From Eledone cirrhosa (taxonomy: Eukaryota): 64,000 nucleotides of DNA. The stretch covers positions 78,864,001 to 78,928,000 of the forward strand of contig OZ024746.1 in the NCBI GenBank assembly GCA_964016885.1. Reading direction: 5' to 3'. The first letter of the stretch is position 1, and every line of letters begins with the position of its first letter. A program made the translations under genes and the position numbers. Below the pieces are notes generated by a model. The model was given only the letters and a program-made list of their open reading frames with translations. It had not been told where the DNA came from and searched no databases. This document shows positions 1 through 15,002 of this stretch, piece by piece.

Positions 1-1330
1 ACTACCCCGACAAACGCCGCCACCACAACTACCATCATCATCACCATCATCATCACAACTACCCCGACAAACGCCGCCACCACAACTACCATCACCATCA
101 CCATCATCATCACAACTACCCCGACAAACGCCGCCACCACAACTACCATCACCTCCACCATCATCACAACTACCCCGACAAACGCCGCCACCACAACTAC
201 CATCACCACCACCACCACCATCATCACAACTACCCCGACAAACGCCGCCACCACAACTACCATCACCACCACCATCATCATCACAACTACCCCGACAAAC
301 GCCGCCACCACAACTACCATCACCACCACCATCATCATCACAACTACCCCGACAAACGCCGCCACCACAACTACCATCACCACCACCATTATCACAACTA
401 CCCCGACAAACACCGCCACCACAACTACCATCACCACCACCACCATCATCATCACAACTACCCCGACAAACACCGCCACCACAACTACCATCACCACCAC
501 CACCATCATCATCACAACTACCCCGACAAACACCGCCACCACAACTACCATCACCACCATCATTATCATCACAACTACCCCGACAAACGCCGCCACCACA
601 ACTACCATCACCACCACCACAACTACCCCGACAAACGCCGCCACCACAACTACCATCACCATCACCATCATCACAACTACCCCGACAAACACCGCCACCA
701 CAACAACCATCATCACCACCACCATCATCACAACTACCCCGACAAACACCGCCACCACAACTACCATCACCATCACCATCATCACAACTACCCCGACAAA
801 CACCGCCACCACAACTACCATCACCACCATCATCATCACAACTACCCCGACAAACGCCGCCACCACAACTACCATCACCATCACCATCATCACAACTACC
901 CCGACAAACACCGCCACCACAACTACCATCACCACCACCACCATCATCACAACTACCCCGACAAACGCCGCCACCACAACTACTATCACCACCACCACCA
1001 CCATCACAACTACCCCGACAAACGCCGCCACCACAACAACCATCACCACCACCATCATCATCACAACTACCCCGACAAACACCGCCACCACAACTACCAT
1101 CACCACCACCATCATCATCACAACTACCCCGACAAACGCCGCCACCACAACTACCATCACCACCACCATCATCACAACTACCCCGACAAACGCCGCCACC
1201 ACAACTACTATCACCACCACCACCATCATCACAACTACCCCGACAAACGCCGCCACCACAACTACCATCACCACCACCACCATCATCACAACTACCCCGA
1301 CAAACGCCGCCACCACAACTACCACCACCA
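1..1330. repeat. Minisatellite, ~54-60 bp unit (acaactaccccgacaaacgccgccaccacaactaccatc + variable acc/atc triplets)
   Basis: Core 'ctaccccgacaaac(g/a)ccgccaccacaactacc' recurs more than 20 times; unit length varies mostly in multiples of 3; array is cut by the window start. Confidence 0.97.
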
Positions 1331-1572
1331 TCACCATCACTACCACAACTACCATCACCACCATCATCACCATCACCACGACAAACACCGCCACCACCGC
1401 TACATATTAGTCAGATACTCCGACCCACTCATCCTCTATCACCACCACTGCTGTGCTGTTGCTATATCACCGCCGCCGCCGCCATTAGACAACATTTGAC
1501 TGACCCCCCCTCCCACCACCACCACCGCCACCACCACCGCTACCGACACTACTATCATTCGGGAACATTCGT

Positions 1573-1603
<31 letters not shown>

Positions 1604-1619
1604 TCATCACCTCAACCAT

Positions 1620-2245
1620 CACCACTATCACCATAATCATCGCCACCACCACTACCACTTCAACCACCACCACCACCACCATCACCGCACCCACCACCAC
1701 CACGACTACAATCACCACAAATTCTATCAACACCACCACCACCACCATCACTTCAACCACTACCCTTAACCACCGCCACCACCACTACCACGGCCACCTC
1801 AATCACCACCACCACCACCACCACCACCACCGCCACCACCACCACCACCACCACCACCGCCACCACCACCACCACCACAACCACCGCACCCAGCACCACG
1901 ACTACAATCACCACAAATTCTATCAACACCACCACCACCACCATCACTTCAACCACTACCCTTAACCACCGCCACCACCACTACCACGGGCCACCTCAAT
2001 CACCACCACCACCACCACTACCGCCACCTCCACCACCACCACCACCACAACCACCGCACCCAGCACCACGACTACAATCACCACAAATTCTATCAACACA
2101 ACCACCACCACCATCACTTCAACCACTACCCTTAACCACCGCCACCACCACTATTACGGGCCACCTCAATCACCACCACCACCACCACCACCACCACCAC
2201 CACTACCGCCACCACCACCACCACCTACCACCACCACCACCACCA
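1620..2245. repeat. (ACC)n-rich tract with three ~170-200 bp tandem units
   Basis: 'cacgactacaatcaccacaaattctatcaa' at ~1701, ~1897 and ~2067, each followed by 'cacttcaaccactacccttaacc'. Confidence 0.9.
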
Positions 2246-2409
2246 TCGTTCTATAACAATCAGCATGTGGTTCAAACGGTTGCTTCAATCTAAAGTTACA
2301 GACATTTTCTTTTTTCTTCAAAACTATATTCGATTCTATAAATACCTTGAATCTAATAACGAAATATACTGTCTTCAGTATAGAAGCATATTTATGAGAG
2401 TGAGAGCAC

Positions 2410-2720
2410 AAAACTTAGTGGTTACGATGTTCGACACGTGATCGTAAGGCTGCGAGTTCGATTCCCGACGGCGCGTTATGTCCCTGAGAAAGACACTTTA
2501 TTTCACGTTGCTCCAATCCACTCAGCTGGCAAAAGGTGAGCTGTACCTGTAATTCCAAGGGCCAGCTTTGTCACACACTGTGTTACACTGAATATCCTCG
2601 AGAATTACGTTAAGGTTACACATATCTATTGAATGCTCAGCCACTTGTGCTTAATTTCACGAGTAGGCTGTTCCGTTTTTAAAATAACTGGACTACTCAT
2701 CATCGAAACTGACGAAGATC
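2410..2720 (+). mobile_element. tRNA-derived SINE (family B, CORE/V-SINE-like middle)
   Basis: A-box-like 'ttagtggtta', B-box 'gagttcgattccc', then 'tgtccctgagaaagacactttatttcacgttgctccaatccactcagctgg'; its tail is shared with 11555-11705. Confidence 0.8.
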
Positions 2721-2825
2721 CAACAAATATTTTTTTTTTTCTGTAGAAAAGAGGAAAATGTGAGTTAAGTGATGTATTAGTAGGATAACTCTATCGACCT
2801 AGGTTTGGGCTACCAATGTTTAATT

Positions 2826-3391
2826 CAGTGATTTCAAAAGTGGAGTGCATGCTCCATGGGGGTTGGAGGGGGTGGGGGTGTGGGTGGAAATTTGAATATT
2901 TAAGGGGGTCAATTTGAAAAAAGGTGCTAATGAGAACAAATTTCAGGTGTTACTTTATTACTTTTACACCAATTATATAATACATTACTGTCGGAAACTC
3001 CTGTCTCACCTCCTCCACACATGTTCTTGTGTGCATCTGGCACCACCTATATGGTACACATTACTGTCGGAAACTCCTGTCTCACCTCCTCCACACATGT
3101 TAGTGTGTGCATCTGGCACCACCTATATGGTACACATTACTGTAAGAAACTCCTGTCTCACCTCCTCCACACATGTTAGTGTGTGCATCTGGCACCACCT
3201 ATATGGTACACATTACTGTAAGAAACTCCTGTCTCACCTCCTCCACACATATTCTTGTGTATCTGGCACCACCTCTACGCCAATTTGTTTACACTTTTCA
3301 GTTGGTCATCGTTGTTTTCATATCAAAGGAGGGCATAACAATGTTGAGCTGTTGAGGAGGAGCATGATACACAAAAGGTTGGGAACCACTG
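2826..3391. mobile_element. Non-autonomous hAT (Charlie-like) DNA transposon
   Basis: Ends 'cagtgatttcaaaagt' and 'aaaaggttgggaaccactg' (CAGTGGTTCCCAA-type TIR); 8-bp flanks gtttaatt / agttaatt with central TA (6/8 identical). Confidence 0.7.
2983..3276. repeat. 76-bp tandem repeat x ~3.9 inside the hAT element
   Basis: 'cattactgt' starts at 2983, 3059, 3135 and 3211. Confidence 0.97.
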
Positions 3392-3402
3392 AGTTAATTT
3401 AA

Positions 3403-3642
3403 CCCCTTTGTGACAGTATTTCTAATGAAATGGATTCTATTTCAATTAATTAATGAAGAATTTTGAAAGATTTACTTTAAATAAATTATTGATTTCATTA
3501 CTATGATAGTAACTTAGCATACAATTCTTATATAAAATCATTTTGGAAAGTTTTATAAAAAAACAAAACAGAAGCCCTTTAAAATGGGTGGCTTTGTTTC
3601 GTAGAACCCGATTCGGTTTTGGCTGGGTTGCTATCACAAGGG
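3403..3642. mobile_element. piggyBac-like MITE
   Basis: TTAA at 3399-3402 and 3643-3646 flanking imperfect TIRs cccctttgtgacag / ctatcacaaggg. Confidence 0.6.
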
Positions 3643-4174
3643 TTAAGTGGAGCTCAAGAACAAACAATTCAACAAGAAAACAAGTATTTCTTTAACTCAA
3701 GAGACACAAAGGTGATACATTTTAGGAGAAAGGGAAATAAGAAGGTGTGACGTTGAGATGTTTCTCGGGGACATTAAGGGTGTAAATGAAGTGAAGAAGA
3801 GATGAGTATTTTACATGCAGCTTTCTCTTTCGCCATACTACTTGTTTTATGTCCCACTAATTAATTAAAGTTAATTAAATTTCTTTTCTTGTTTCGATTT
3901 AACTTTCATTCACTGTTTGATAGTTTTTCCCCTTCTTCAATATAACGTTCTTTCACCTTCAAAGACATTTTTGTTTGTGTGTTTTAACTCTTTGTGAAAC
4001 AGAATTTTCATTCACCTGCAAAATGTTCCTTTTTTTTAAAGAGCAGAAAAATGTAAAAAGAAGAAAGAACAAAATTGAAAGACGAAAGAAATGAAAAAGC
4101 GGAGGGAAAGAAAGAGGAGATATGAAGATGGGGAGGAAAGTAATGACTGAGAAGATGAAAAAAAAAGAAAAATA

Positions 4175-4548
4175 GAAAAATGAAAAATGAAAAATGAAAA
4201 GTGAAAAGTGAAAAATGAAAAATGAAAAATGAAAAATGAAAAATGAAAAATGAAAAATGAAAAATGAAAAATGAAAAATGAAAAATGAAAAATGAAAAAT
4301 GAAAAATGAAAAATGAAAAATGAAAAATGAAAAATGAAAAATGAAAAATGAAAAATGAAAAATGAAAAATGAAAAATGAAAAATGAAAAATGAAAAATGA
4401 AAAATGAAAAATGAAAAATGAAAAATGAAAAATGAAAAATGAAAAATGAAAAATGAAAAATGAAAAATGAAAAATGAAAAATGAAAAATGAAAAATGAAA
4501 AATGAAAAATGAAAAATGAAAAATGAAAAATGAAAAATGAAAATGAAA
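4175..4548. repeat. (GAAAAAT)n heptanucleotide microsatellite, ~50 copies
   Basis: Nearly pure 7-mer array; source of the FHFSFFI ORFs. Confidence 0.99.
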
Positions 4549-5339
4549 GATAAAATGAAAGAGCCAGGGCAAAAAATAACAAAAAGTAAAAAAAACAGAA
4601 AAAGGAGGGGAAAAAGAAAAAGGCAAGGAAAGGAAAAAAAAAGACAGGAGGGGGAGGGGAATATATTAAAATGGTGGTAAAAAAAAATCCAGCAACAAAA
4701 AGAATAGCAATACTGGAGGAATGGAAAATGGAGACAATATCAGAAAAGAAACAAGAAAAACGGAAATAGGTGATGTGAGAGTACAATATTAGCAAATAAA
4801 AGAAGAAAAAAAAAATGGTAAATAGAAAGAAAAATAAATAAAGTAAAAAAGAGAGAAAGAAGTAAAACGAGACGAAAAATAGATAAATAAATAAATAAGT
4901 AAATAAACGAATGACAAATAATATTTAAAAAGTATATAAATAAATAAATAGATAAATAAAATAGATAAATAAATAAAATCAAAGGTAAGAAATATAGAGA
5001 AATTTCTGACAAGATATAGACGGAATTACAGAAGATGTAAAAAATAAAACAATGGTAGCAGAAGGGAGGGGGGGGGGTTGACGAAAGAGAGAGAGAGAGA
5101 GAAGAGGGAAGAAGAGAAAGGGGGAGAAGAGGGAGGAGGTTGACGAGAGAGAGAGAGAAAGAAGAAGAAATTAAGGAGAAAAGTAAGGAGAAAGAAGAGG
5201 AATTGGAAGAGTTAGAGGATGATGATGATGATGAAGAGAAGGAGGAGGGGGGGGGGAGATGATAAAAGAATAGGCGAAGAAAGTGAAGGGGAGGTGAAGA
5301 AGCAGAGACCTAGTGAAAGTTGAGAGGGGAGGATGTTTA

Positions 5340-5359
5340 ACTTATATATACATAGATAC

Positions 5360-5419
<60 letters not shown>

Positions 5420-5538
5420 GTACATATACATATATACACATATATACATATATATATACATATATATATATCTTTATGTATATATATATATATATACCTT
5501 TATGTGTATATATATATATATATGCACTTATGTGTGTG

Positions 5539-5605
<67 letters not shown>

Positions 5606-5687
5606 GCATATATATATATATATATATTTGCGCGCGTGTGTGTGTAAATGAATGTCTATACACGCACATTCATAAATATTATGTATG

Positions 5688-5719
<32 letters not shown>

Positions 5720-5827
5720 CTTATATATATATATACACATTCATATATATATATATACGCACACATAGAGACACATGCACACACATTCATATATATATAT
5801 ATATGAATGAATGTGTGTGTATGTGTA

Positions 5828-5905
<78 letters not shown>

Positions 5906-6266
5906 CAGACATATATACACATACACACACATTCATTCATATATATATATATGACAATAGAAGATAGAAAATACCCTAACCCATATAAAAATCATGCAAA
6001 ATATAGAAATATGAGGCAAGGGGTAAAAGAAAACGAAAAAAAACAAAACAAACAACAAAAAACATGGATATAAGCTTTCGAAAAGAATAAGAAAAAAAAA
6101 CAGAAAAAATGTTCCAAAGTAAAATATAAAAAAATATAGAAAGCAGTCTGAAAGTTTCTTTTTATAAAATTCCCAATGAAGTGGTGAACAAATATTACAT
6201 ACACATGTACATACATTGACACGTATATATATGTATATATATGTATATATATATATATATAGATAG

Positions 6267-6360
<94 letters not shown>

Positions 6361-6433
6361 ATTTGTGTATATGTATATACGTATATGTATGTGTATTTAT
6401 ATATATGTGTGTGTATGTATATATGTATATGTA

Positions 6434-6523
<90 letters not shown>

Positions 6524-6601
6524 AACACACACACACACACACATATATATCTATATATATATATATTTCTATATGAATTCATACATATTTATATAAATGT
6601 T

Positions 6602-6655
<54 letters not shown>

Positions 6656-6676
6656 TATACATATATATATGTATAT

Positions 6677-6711
<35 letters not shown>

Positions 6712-6820
6712 ATATATATATACATATATATACATATATATATACATACACACACAACACACACATATATATATATGAATACAGACATATTAATATAAAT
6801 GTTTGTACATATATATATAT

Positions 6821-6895
<75 letters not shown>

Positions 6896-6925
6896 TATAT
6901 ATTTATATATGTGTGTGTGTGTGGG
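5340..6925. repeat. Compound (TA)n/(CA)n/(TG)n microsatellite field with a short non-microsatellite island at ~5950-6195
   Basis: Direct reading. Confidence 0.98.
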
Positions 6926-7059
6926 GGGGGGGTGTATGTGTGTTGGAATTGGAATTGATAAATATAATTCAATCAATAGATGCCTTAGACAAGAAAAGCG
7001 ATGGTGATGGTGATGGTAGTGGTGGTGTTGATGGTGATGATGGCAATAGTACTGATATA

Positions 7060-9163
7060 GAGGATGGTGATGGTAGTGGTGGTAGTGGTGGTAGCGGTGG
7101 TAGTGGTGGTAGCGGTGGTGGTGGTGGTGGTAGTGGTGGTAGCGGTGGTAGTGGTGGTAGTGGTGGTAGTGGTGGTAGTGGTGGTAGTGGTGGTGGTAGT
7201 GGTGGTAGCGGTGGTAGTGGTGGTAGTGGTGGCAGTGGTGGTAGTGGTGGTAGTAGTGGCAGTGGTGGTAGTGGTGGCAGTGGTGGTAGTAGTGGCAGTG
7301 GTGGTAGTGGTGGCAGTGGTGGTAGTGGTGGTAGTGGTGGCAGTGGTGGTAGTGGTGGTAGTGGTGGCAGTGGTGGTAGTGGTGGTAGTGGTGGCAGTGG
7401 TGGTAGTGGTGGTAGTGGTGGCAGTGGTGGTAGTGGTGGCAGTGGTGGTAGTGGTGGCAGTGGTGGTAGTGGTGGTAGTGGTGGCAGTGGTGGTAGTGGT
7501 GGCAGTGGTGGTAGTGGTGACAGTGGTGGTAGTGGTGGTAGTGGTGGCAGTGGTGGTAGTGGTGACAGTGGTGGTAGTGGTGGCAGTGGTGGTAGTGGTG
7601 ACAGTGGTGGTAGTGGTGGTAGTGGTGGCAGTGGTGGTAGTGGTGGCAGTGGTGGCAGTGGTGGTAGTGGTGGAAGTGGTGGTAGTGGTGGTAGTGGTGG
7701 CAGTGGTGGTAGTGGTGGTAGTGGTGGTAGTGGTGGTAGTGGTGACAGTGGTGGTAGTGGTGGCAGTGGTGGTAGTGGTGGCAGTGGTGGCAGTGGTGGT
7801 AGTGGTGGCAGTGGTGGCAGTGGTGGTAGTGGTGGCAGTGGTGGTAGTGGTGGTAGTGGTGGCAGCGGTGGTAGTGGTGGCAGTGGTGGCAGTGGTGGTA
7901 GTGGTGGCAGTGGTGGTAGTGGTGGCAGTGGTGGTAGTGGTGGTAGTGGTGGCAGTGGTGGTAGTGGTGGCAGTGGTGGCAGTGGTGGTAGTGGTGGCAG
8001 TGGTGGTAGTGGTGACAGTGGTGGTAGTGGTGGTAGTGGTGGCAGTGGTGGTAGTGGTGACAGTGGTGGTAGTGGTGGCAGTGGTGGTAGTGGTGACAGT
8101 GGTGGTAGTGGTGGCAGTGGTGGCAGTGGTGGTAGTGGTGGCAGTGGTGGTAGTGGTGGTAGTGGTGGCAGTGGTGGTAGTGGTGGCAGTGGTGGTAGTG
8201 GTGGCAGTGGTGGCAGTGGTGGTAGTGGTGGCAGTGGTGGTAGTGGTGGTAGTGGTGGCAGTGGTGGTAGTGGTGGCAGTGGTGGCAGTGGTGGTAGTGG
8301 TGGCAGTGGTGGTAGTGGTGGTAGTGGTGGCAGTGGTGGTAGTGGTGGCAGTGGTGGCAGTGGTGGTAGTGGTGGCAGTGGTGGTAGTGGTGACAGTGGT
8401 GGTAGTGGTGGTAGTGGTGGCAGTGGTGGTAGTGGTGACAGTGGTGGTAGTGGTGGCAGTGGTGGTAGTGGTGACAGTGGTGGTAGTGGTGGTAGTGGTG
8501 GCAGTGGTGGTAGTGGTGGCAGTGGTGGCAGTGGTGGTAGTGGTGGCAGTGGTGGTAGTGGTGGTAGTGGTGGCAGTGGTGGTAGTGGTGGTAGTGGTGG
8601 TAGTAGTGGCAGTGGTGGTAGTGGTGGCAGTGGTGGTAGTAGTGGAAGTGGTGGTAGTGGTGGCAGTGGTGGTAGTGGTGGTAGTGGTGGCAGTGGTGGT
8701 AGTGGTGGCAGTGGTGGTAGTGGTGGCAGTGGTGGTAGTGGTGGCAGTGGTGGTAGTGGTGGTAGTGGTGGCAGTGGTGGCAGTGGTGGTAGTGGTGGTA
8801 GCGGTGGTAGTGGTGGTAGTGGTGGCAGTGGTGGTAGTGGTGGCAGTGGTGGTAGCGGTGGTAGTGGTGGCAGTGGTGGTAGTGGTGGCAGTGGTGGTAG
8901 TGGTGACAGTGGTGGTAGTGGTGGTAGTGGTGGCAGTGGTGGTAGTGGTGGCAGTGGTGGTAGTGGTGGTAGTGGTGGTAGTGGTGGCAGTGGTGGCAGT
9001 GGTGGTAGTGGTGGTAGTGGTGGCAGTGGTGGTAGTGGTTGCAGTGGTGGTAACGGTGGTAGTGGTGGCAGTGGTGGTAGTGGTGGCAGTGGTGGTAGCG
9101 GTGGTAGTGGTGGTAGTGGTGGCAGTGGTGGTAGCGGTGGTAGTGGTGGCAGTGGTGGTAGCG
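7060..9163. repeat. 9-bp minisatellite (GGTGGTAGT/GGTGGCAGT)n, ~2.1 kb
   Basis: About 230 units; open in several frames only because the unit lacks stop codons in those frames. Confidence 0.98.
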
Positions 9164-9414
9164 ATGTGCTGGAGGTTAAAAAGGCGTTATTTTGTGGTGG
9201 AATTCTTTGTGTGATGGCTGTTGTGGTGGTGGTGGTGTTTATAAGATGGTAGTGGTATTGGTGGTAGTGGTGGTAATGGAGGTGACGATAGTAGTTGTAG
9301 TGAGGTGTTGTAGGTGGTGGTGTTGTAGGTGGTGGTATTGACAGCGGCTGGGGGTGATTATTATAAAAGAGTAGTAGCGTTGCTTGTAGTGCTCGTGGGT
9401 ATGGCATTGATTGT

Positions 9415-11505
9415 GATGGTGGTGGTGGTGGTGGTGGTTATGATAGTGGTTCTGGTTGTGTTATGGTGGTGGTGGTGGTTATGGTAGTGGTTGTGGTTGT
9501 GTTATGGAGGTGGTGGTGGTGGTTATGGTAGTGGTTGTGGTTGTGTTATGGAGGTGGTGGTTATGATAGTGGTTGTGGTTGTGTTATGGTGGTGGTGGTG
9601 GTGGTTATGATAGTAGTTGTGGTTGTGTTATGGTGGTGGTGGTTATGATAGTGGTTGTGTTATGGTGGTGGTGGTGGTTATGTTAGTGGCTGTGGTTGTG
9701 TTATGGTGGTGGTGGTGGTGGTGGTGGTGGTGGTTGTGGTTGTGTTATGGTGGTGGTGGTTATGATAGTGGTTGTGTTATGGTGGTGGTGGTGGTGGTTA
9801 TGATAGTAGTTGTGGTTGTGTTATGGTGGTGGTGGTTATGATAGTGGTTGTGTTATGGTGGTGGTGGTGGTTATGTTAGTGGCTGTGGTTGTGTTATGGT
9901 GGTGGTGGTGGTGGTGGTGGTGGTGGTTGTGGTTGTGTTATGGTGGTGGTGGTGGTGGTGGTGGTGGTGGTTATGATAGTGGTTGTGGTTGTGTTATGGA
10001 GGTGGTGGTGGTGGTTATGGTAGTGGTTGTGGTTGTGTTATGGAGGTGGTGGTTATGATAGTGGTTGTGGTTGTGTTATGGTGGTGGTGGTGGTGGTTAT
10101 GGTAGTGGTTGTGGTTGTGTTATGGAGGTGGTGGTGGTGGTTATGGTAGTGGTTGTGGTTGTGTTATGGAGGTGGTGGTTATGATAGTGGTTGTGGTTGT
10201 GTTATGGTGGTGGTGGTGGTGGTTATGATAGTGGTTGTGGTTGTGTTATGGTGGTGGTGGTTATGATAGTGGTTGTGTTATGGTGGTGGTGGTGGTGGTT
10301 ATGATAGTAGTTGTGGTTGTGTTATGGTGGTGGTGGTTATGATAGTGGTTGTGTTATGGTGGTGGTGGTGGTTATGTTAGTGGCTGTGGTTGTGTTATGG
10401 TGGTGGTGGTGGTGGTGGTGGTGGTGGTTGTGGTTGTGTTATGGTGGTGGTGGTGGTGGTGGTGGTGGTGGTTATGATAGTGGTTGTGGTTGTGTTATGG
10501 AGGTGGTGGTGGTGGTTATGGTAGTGGTTGTGGTTGTGTTATGGAGGTGGTGGTTATGATAGTGGTTGTGGTTGTGTTATGGTGGTGGTGGTGGTGGTTA
10601 TGGTAGTGGTTGTGGTTGTGTTATGGAGGTGGTGGTGGTGGTTATGGTAGTGGTTGTGGTTGTGTTATGGAGGTGGTGGTTATGATAGTGGTTGTGGTTG
10701 TGTTATGGTGGTGGTGGTGGTGGTTATGATAGTGGTTGTGGTTGTGTTATGGTGGTGGTGGTTATGATAGTGGTTGTGTTATGGTGGTGGTGGTGGTGGT
10801 TATGATAGTAGTTGTGGTTGTGTTATGGTGGTGGTGGTTATGATAGTGGTTGTGTTATGGTGGTGGTGGTGGTTATGTTAGTGGCTGTGGTTGTGTTATG
10901 GTGGTGGTGGTGGTGGTGGTGGTTGTGGTTGTGTTATGGTGGTGGTGGTGGTGGTGGTGGTGGTGGTTATGATAGTGGTTGTGGTTGTGTTATGGAGGTG
11001 GTGGTGGTGGTTATGGTAGTGGTTCTGGTTGTGTTATGGTGGTGGTGGTGGTTATGGTAGTGGTTGTGGTTGTGTTATGGTGGTGGTGGTGGTGGTTATG
11101 ATAGTAGTTGTGGTTGTGTTATGGTGGTGGTGGTTATGATAGTGGTTGTGTTATGGTGGTGGTGGTGGTGGTTATGTTAGTGGCTGTGGTTGTGTTATGG
11201 TGGTGGTGGTGGTGGTGGTGGTTGTGGTTGTGTTATGGTGGTGGTGGTTATGATAGTGGTTGTGGTTGTGTTATGGTGGTGGTGGTGGTGGTTATGATAG
11301 TGGTTGTGGTTGTGTTATGGAGGTGGTGGTTATGATAGTGGTTGTGTTATGGTGGTGGTGGTGGTTATGATAGTAGTTGTGGTTGTGTTATGGTGGTGGT
11401 GGTTATGATAGTGGTTGTGTTATGGTGGTGCTGGTGGTGGTTATGATAGTGGTTGTGGTTGTGTTATGGTGGTGGTGGTGGTTATGATAGTGGTTGTGGT
11501 TATAT
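9415..11505. repeat. Minisatellite (ggttatgatagtggttgtggttgtgttat(ggt)n) with 501-bp higher-order period
   Basis: Near-identical pseudo-ORFs start at 9810, 10311 and 10812 (501 bp apart). Confidence 0.95.
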
Positions 11506-11554
11506 GATGGTGGTGGTAGTGGTGGTGCAAAAATAAGGTGTGTTGTTATTCGGA

Positions 11555-11705
11555 GGATCAGCTTTGTCACATTTTGTGTCACAGTGAATCTCCCTGAGAA
11601 TTACGGTAAGGATACACGTGTCTGTGGAATGGTTAGCCACTTGCACGTTAATTTCTGTTCATCGGATCAACTGGAACACTCATCGTCGTAACCGACAAAG
11701 TGCCT
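11555..11705 (+). mobile_element. 3' tail fragment of SINE family B
   Basis: 'cagctttgtcaca...tgaatctccctgagaattacg.taagg.tacac...agccacttg' matches 2563-2720. Confidence 0.75.
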
Positions 11706-11930
11706 CCAACCATGTATATATATATATGTATATGTCTCTTTCTCTTAATTTCGAGTATATTTTTTTGACCGGCCACCTTCCTGTTGGCAAGGTTGTAAAA
11801 GAAAAGAAATTGTCATCCCTTGAATCGCAAGAATGTTTTGCAAATTTTGAAGGTGCCAGCTATCGCAGCCACTTGTAGACTATGAATTAGGGAGATATTA
11901 TGTATGTATGTATGTATGTATGTATGTATG

Positions 11931-12425
11931 TCAACATCATTGGATACCATCAGGGTTGCAGGTGTTATATCAGAGTTTTCCTTCTCCTAGAATTCTGCCC
12001 TGACAAAGGCTAAGGGGTCATCTCTCCCGGTGATTTTGGATGGCCATTGACTCTTAAGAGCTCCTTTGCCCTTTGACAGGTTTTGTTTTTAGTCCTGCAG
12101 GATGTCCAAAGTCACTTGTTCTTCTTTTTGGTAAATATCATCTTGGTTAAGAGAGTGGGACTGGCTTTGTGCAGTGCCTTTGCCCACTATAAAAGCTTTA
12201 CGGGACAGGCATTGCTTTATATCTGGAGATCTCTCTGCACTTGTCGTCACATGGTACCATGGGCCCAGCACTGTGTCAATAATTGTCACAAGTGTAGTGT
12301 TTGTACCAGAGTTTTCAAGTCGCTGGCTGGACTAAAAAGTCACACTCGTCAGCGCATCGGTAGGCGTTCTCCTACATGGATATAAAGTAGTGGCTGTACT
12401 CGAAAACGAGTTGGCAGCCACCATG
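11931..12425 (+). mobile_element. RTE-derived short element (putative 5'UTR-like part + RTE 3' end with C2H2 finger) between (TATG)n tracts
   Basis: 3' part encodes HKCSVCTRVFKSLAGLKSHTR and ends 'gagttggcagccaccat' + (GTAT)n; that 3' part recurs at 20733 (+) and 15097 (-). Confidence 0.65.
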
Positions 12426-12683
12426 TATGTATGTATGTATGTATGTATGTATGTATGTATGTATGTATGTATGTATGTATGTACGTACGTATGTATGGGA
12501 ACTCAGGAAACTGGGATAACTCCGATATAAAACCTGCGGTTCAATATTTACCGATGATGTTGATCTTTTATTCTTTTCGGGTTATAGCTACTGTCGCCCA
12601 GAGAGTGGGATTGGCTCAGTGCACAGTCTTTCCTCACTTTAAAAAATATCTTCATGCACAGGCATTGCACGATAGAATTAATT

Positions 12684-12876
12684 AATAATTGTTTCAACTT
12701 TTTGGCACAAGGCCAGCAATTACCCAGTGCATTACTGGTACTTTATTTTATCGACCCCATAAGGATGAAAGGCAAAGTTAACCTCGGCGGGATTCGAACT
12801 CAGAATGGCAAGGGCCGTAACTCTATGCGTCAAAGCATAGCGTCCGACCCTCTACCGATACTGCCAATTCACCGCC
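12684..12876 (-). mobile_element. tRNA-derived SINE family A (~190 bp)
   Basis: Reverse complement of ggcggtgaattggcagtatcggtagagggtcggac...gagttcgaatcccgccgaggttaactttgcctttcatcc...tggccttgtgccaaaa; flanked by ttaataatt on both sides. Confidence 0.9.
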
Positions 12877-13154
12877 TTAATAATTAATAATGGTATATCG
12901 TGCAATGGCCATACTCGATAACGAGGGGGCAGTCATCATCATCATGTATGGGAAGGTATGAGTAATTGAAGGGCAGGTATTTATGGTGGTATAATGGCTG
13001 TGGAAGTACTGATAGTAATGGCGGTGTAGTGTAGGTAAAGTTTGCAATGGCAGAATGTATTGGAGAAAATACTAAATCGTTGTAAATTTGTCTCATGATT
13101 TACTATTACGTGCAACCAAATATAGACAACTCTATATCTAGATGGGAGTTGAAA

Positions 13155-14440
<1,286 letters not shown>

Positions 14441-14445
<5 letters not shown>

Positions 14446-15002
14446 AAATGGGGAGAAGAATACTGCTGGTTGCACATGGATAACATGTAATGAAATAAGT
14501 CCCTCATCAGTGATTTGCCGACGATCATAGATATTTCATTGCATTAAAAATCATATACCTCACGTCGGTGCAATAATAACTAAATTAAGTTATTAGGACA
14601 ATTAAAACGCGTAAAGCGAGTGAAACAAGATAACAACAAAGAGGATAGCTAACCGTAGAAGGAAGGGAACAAGCTTCATAGTTATTCTGTTAGCATAAGC
14701 TAGGTGAATATATGAGCGCTTAGAAAAAAAACCTTTCAGGAGCGAATTCAAATGTGAGAAAGAGAGAAAATGATTTCGTCGCGAACGGGGTGAAGTGAGA
14801 AGAGGAGAAACAGTGAGTGAGTGAGTGGAAGTGTGAGGAAGAGTTAACTGACATGACAGAGGGGGCGAAAGAAAGTAGGAGAAACAGAGAGAGCGAGGGA
14901 GCAGTAAGAGAGAGAGAGAGAAAAAAACAGAATCGCAATTTAGGTAAATATATGTGAAAAAATGGGGAGAAGAATACTGCAGGTTGCACATGGATAACAT
15001 GT

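Noticed and set aside
3959-4795. 278-aa hydrophobic FHFSFFI ORF
   Set aside because: Translation of the (GAAAAAT)n microsatellite.
6799-9407. 817-aa (GGS)n, 812-aa (PPL)n and 716-aa poly-V ORFs
   Set aside because: Three frames are open only because a 9-bp repeat lacks stops in them; the starts lie in microsatellite or low-complexity flanks and there are no domain features.
12286-12350. Host C2H2 zinc-finger gene exon
   Set aside because: Single finger in a sequence repeated within the window with microsatellite tails, which indicates a retroelement 3' end.
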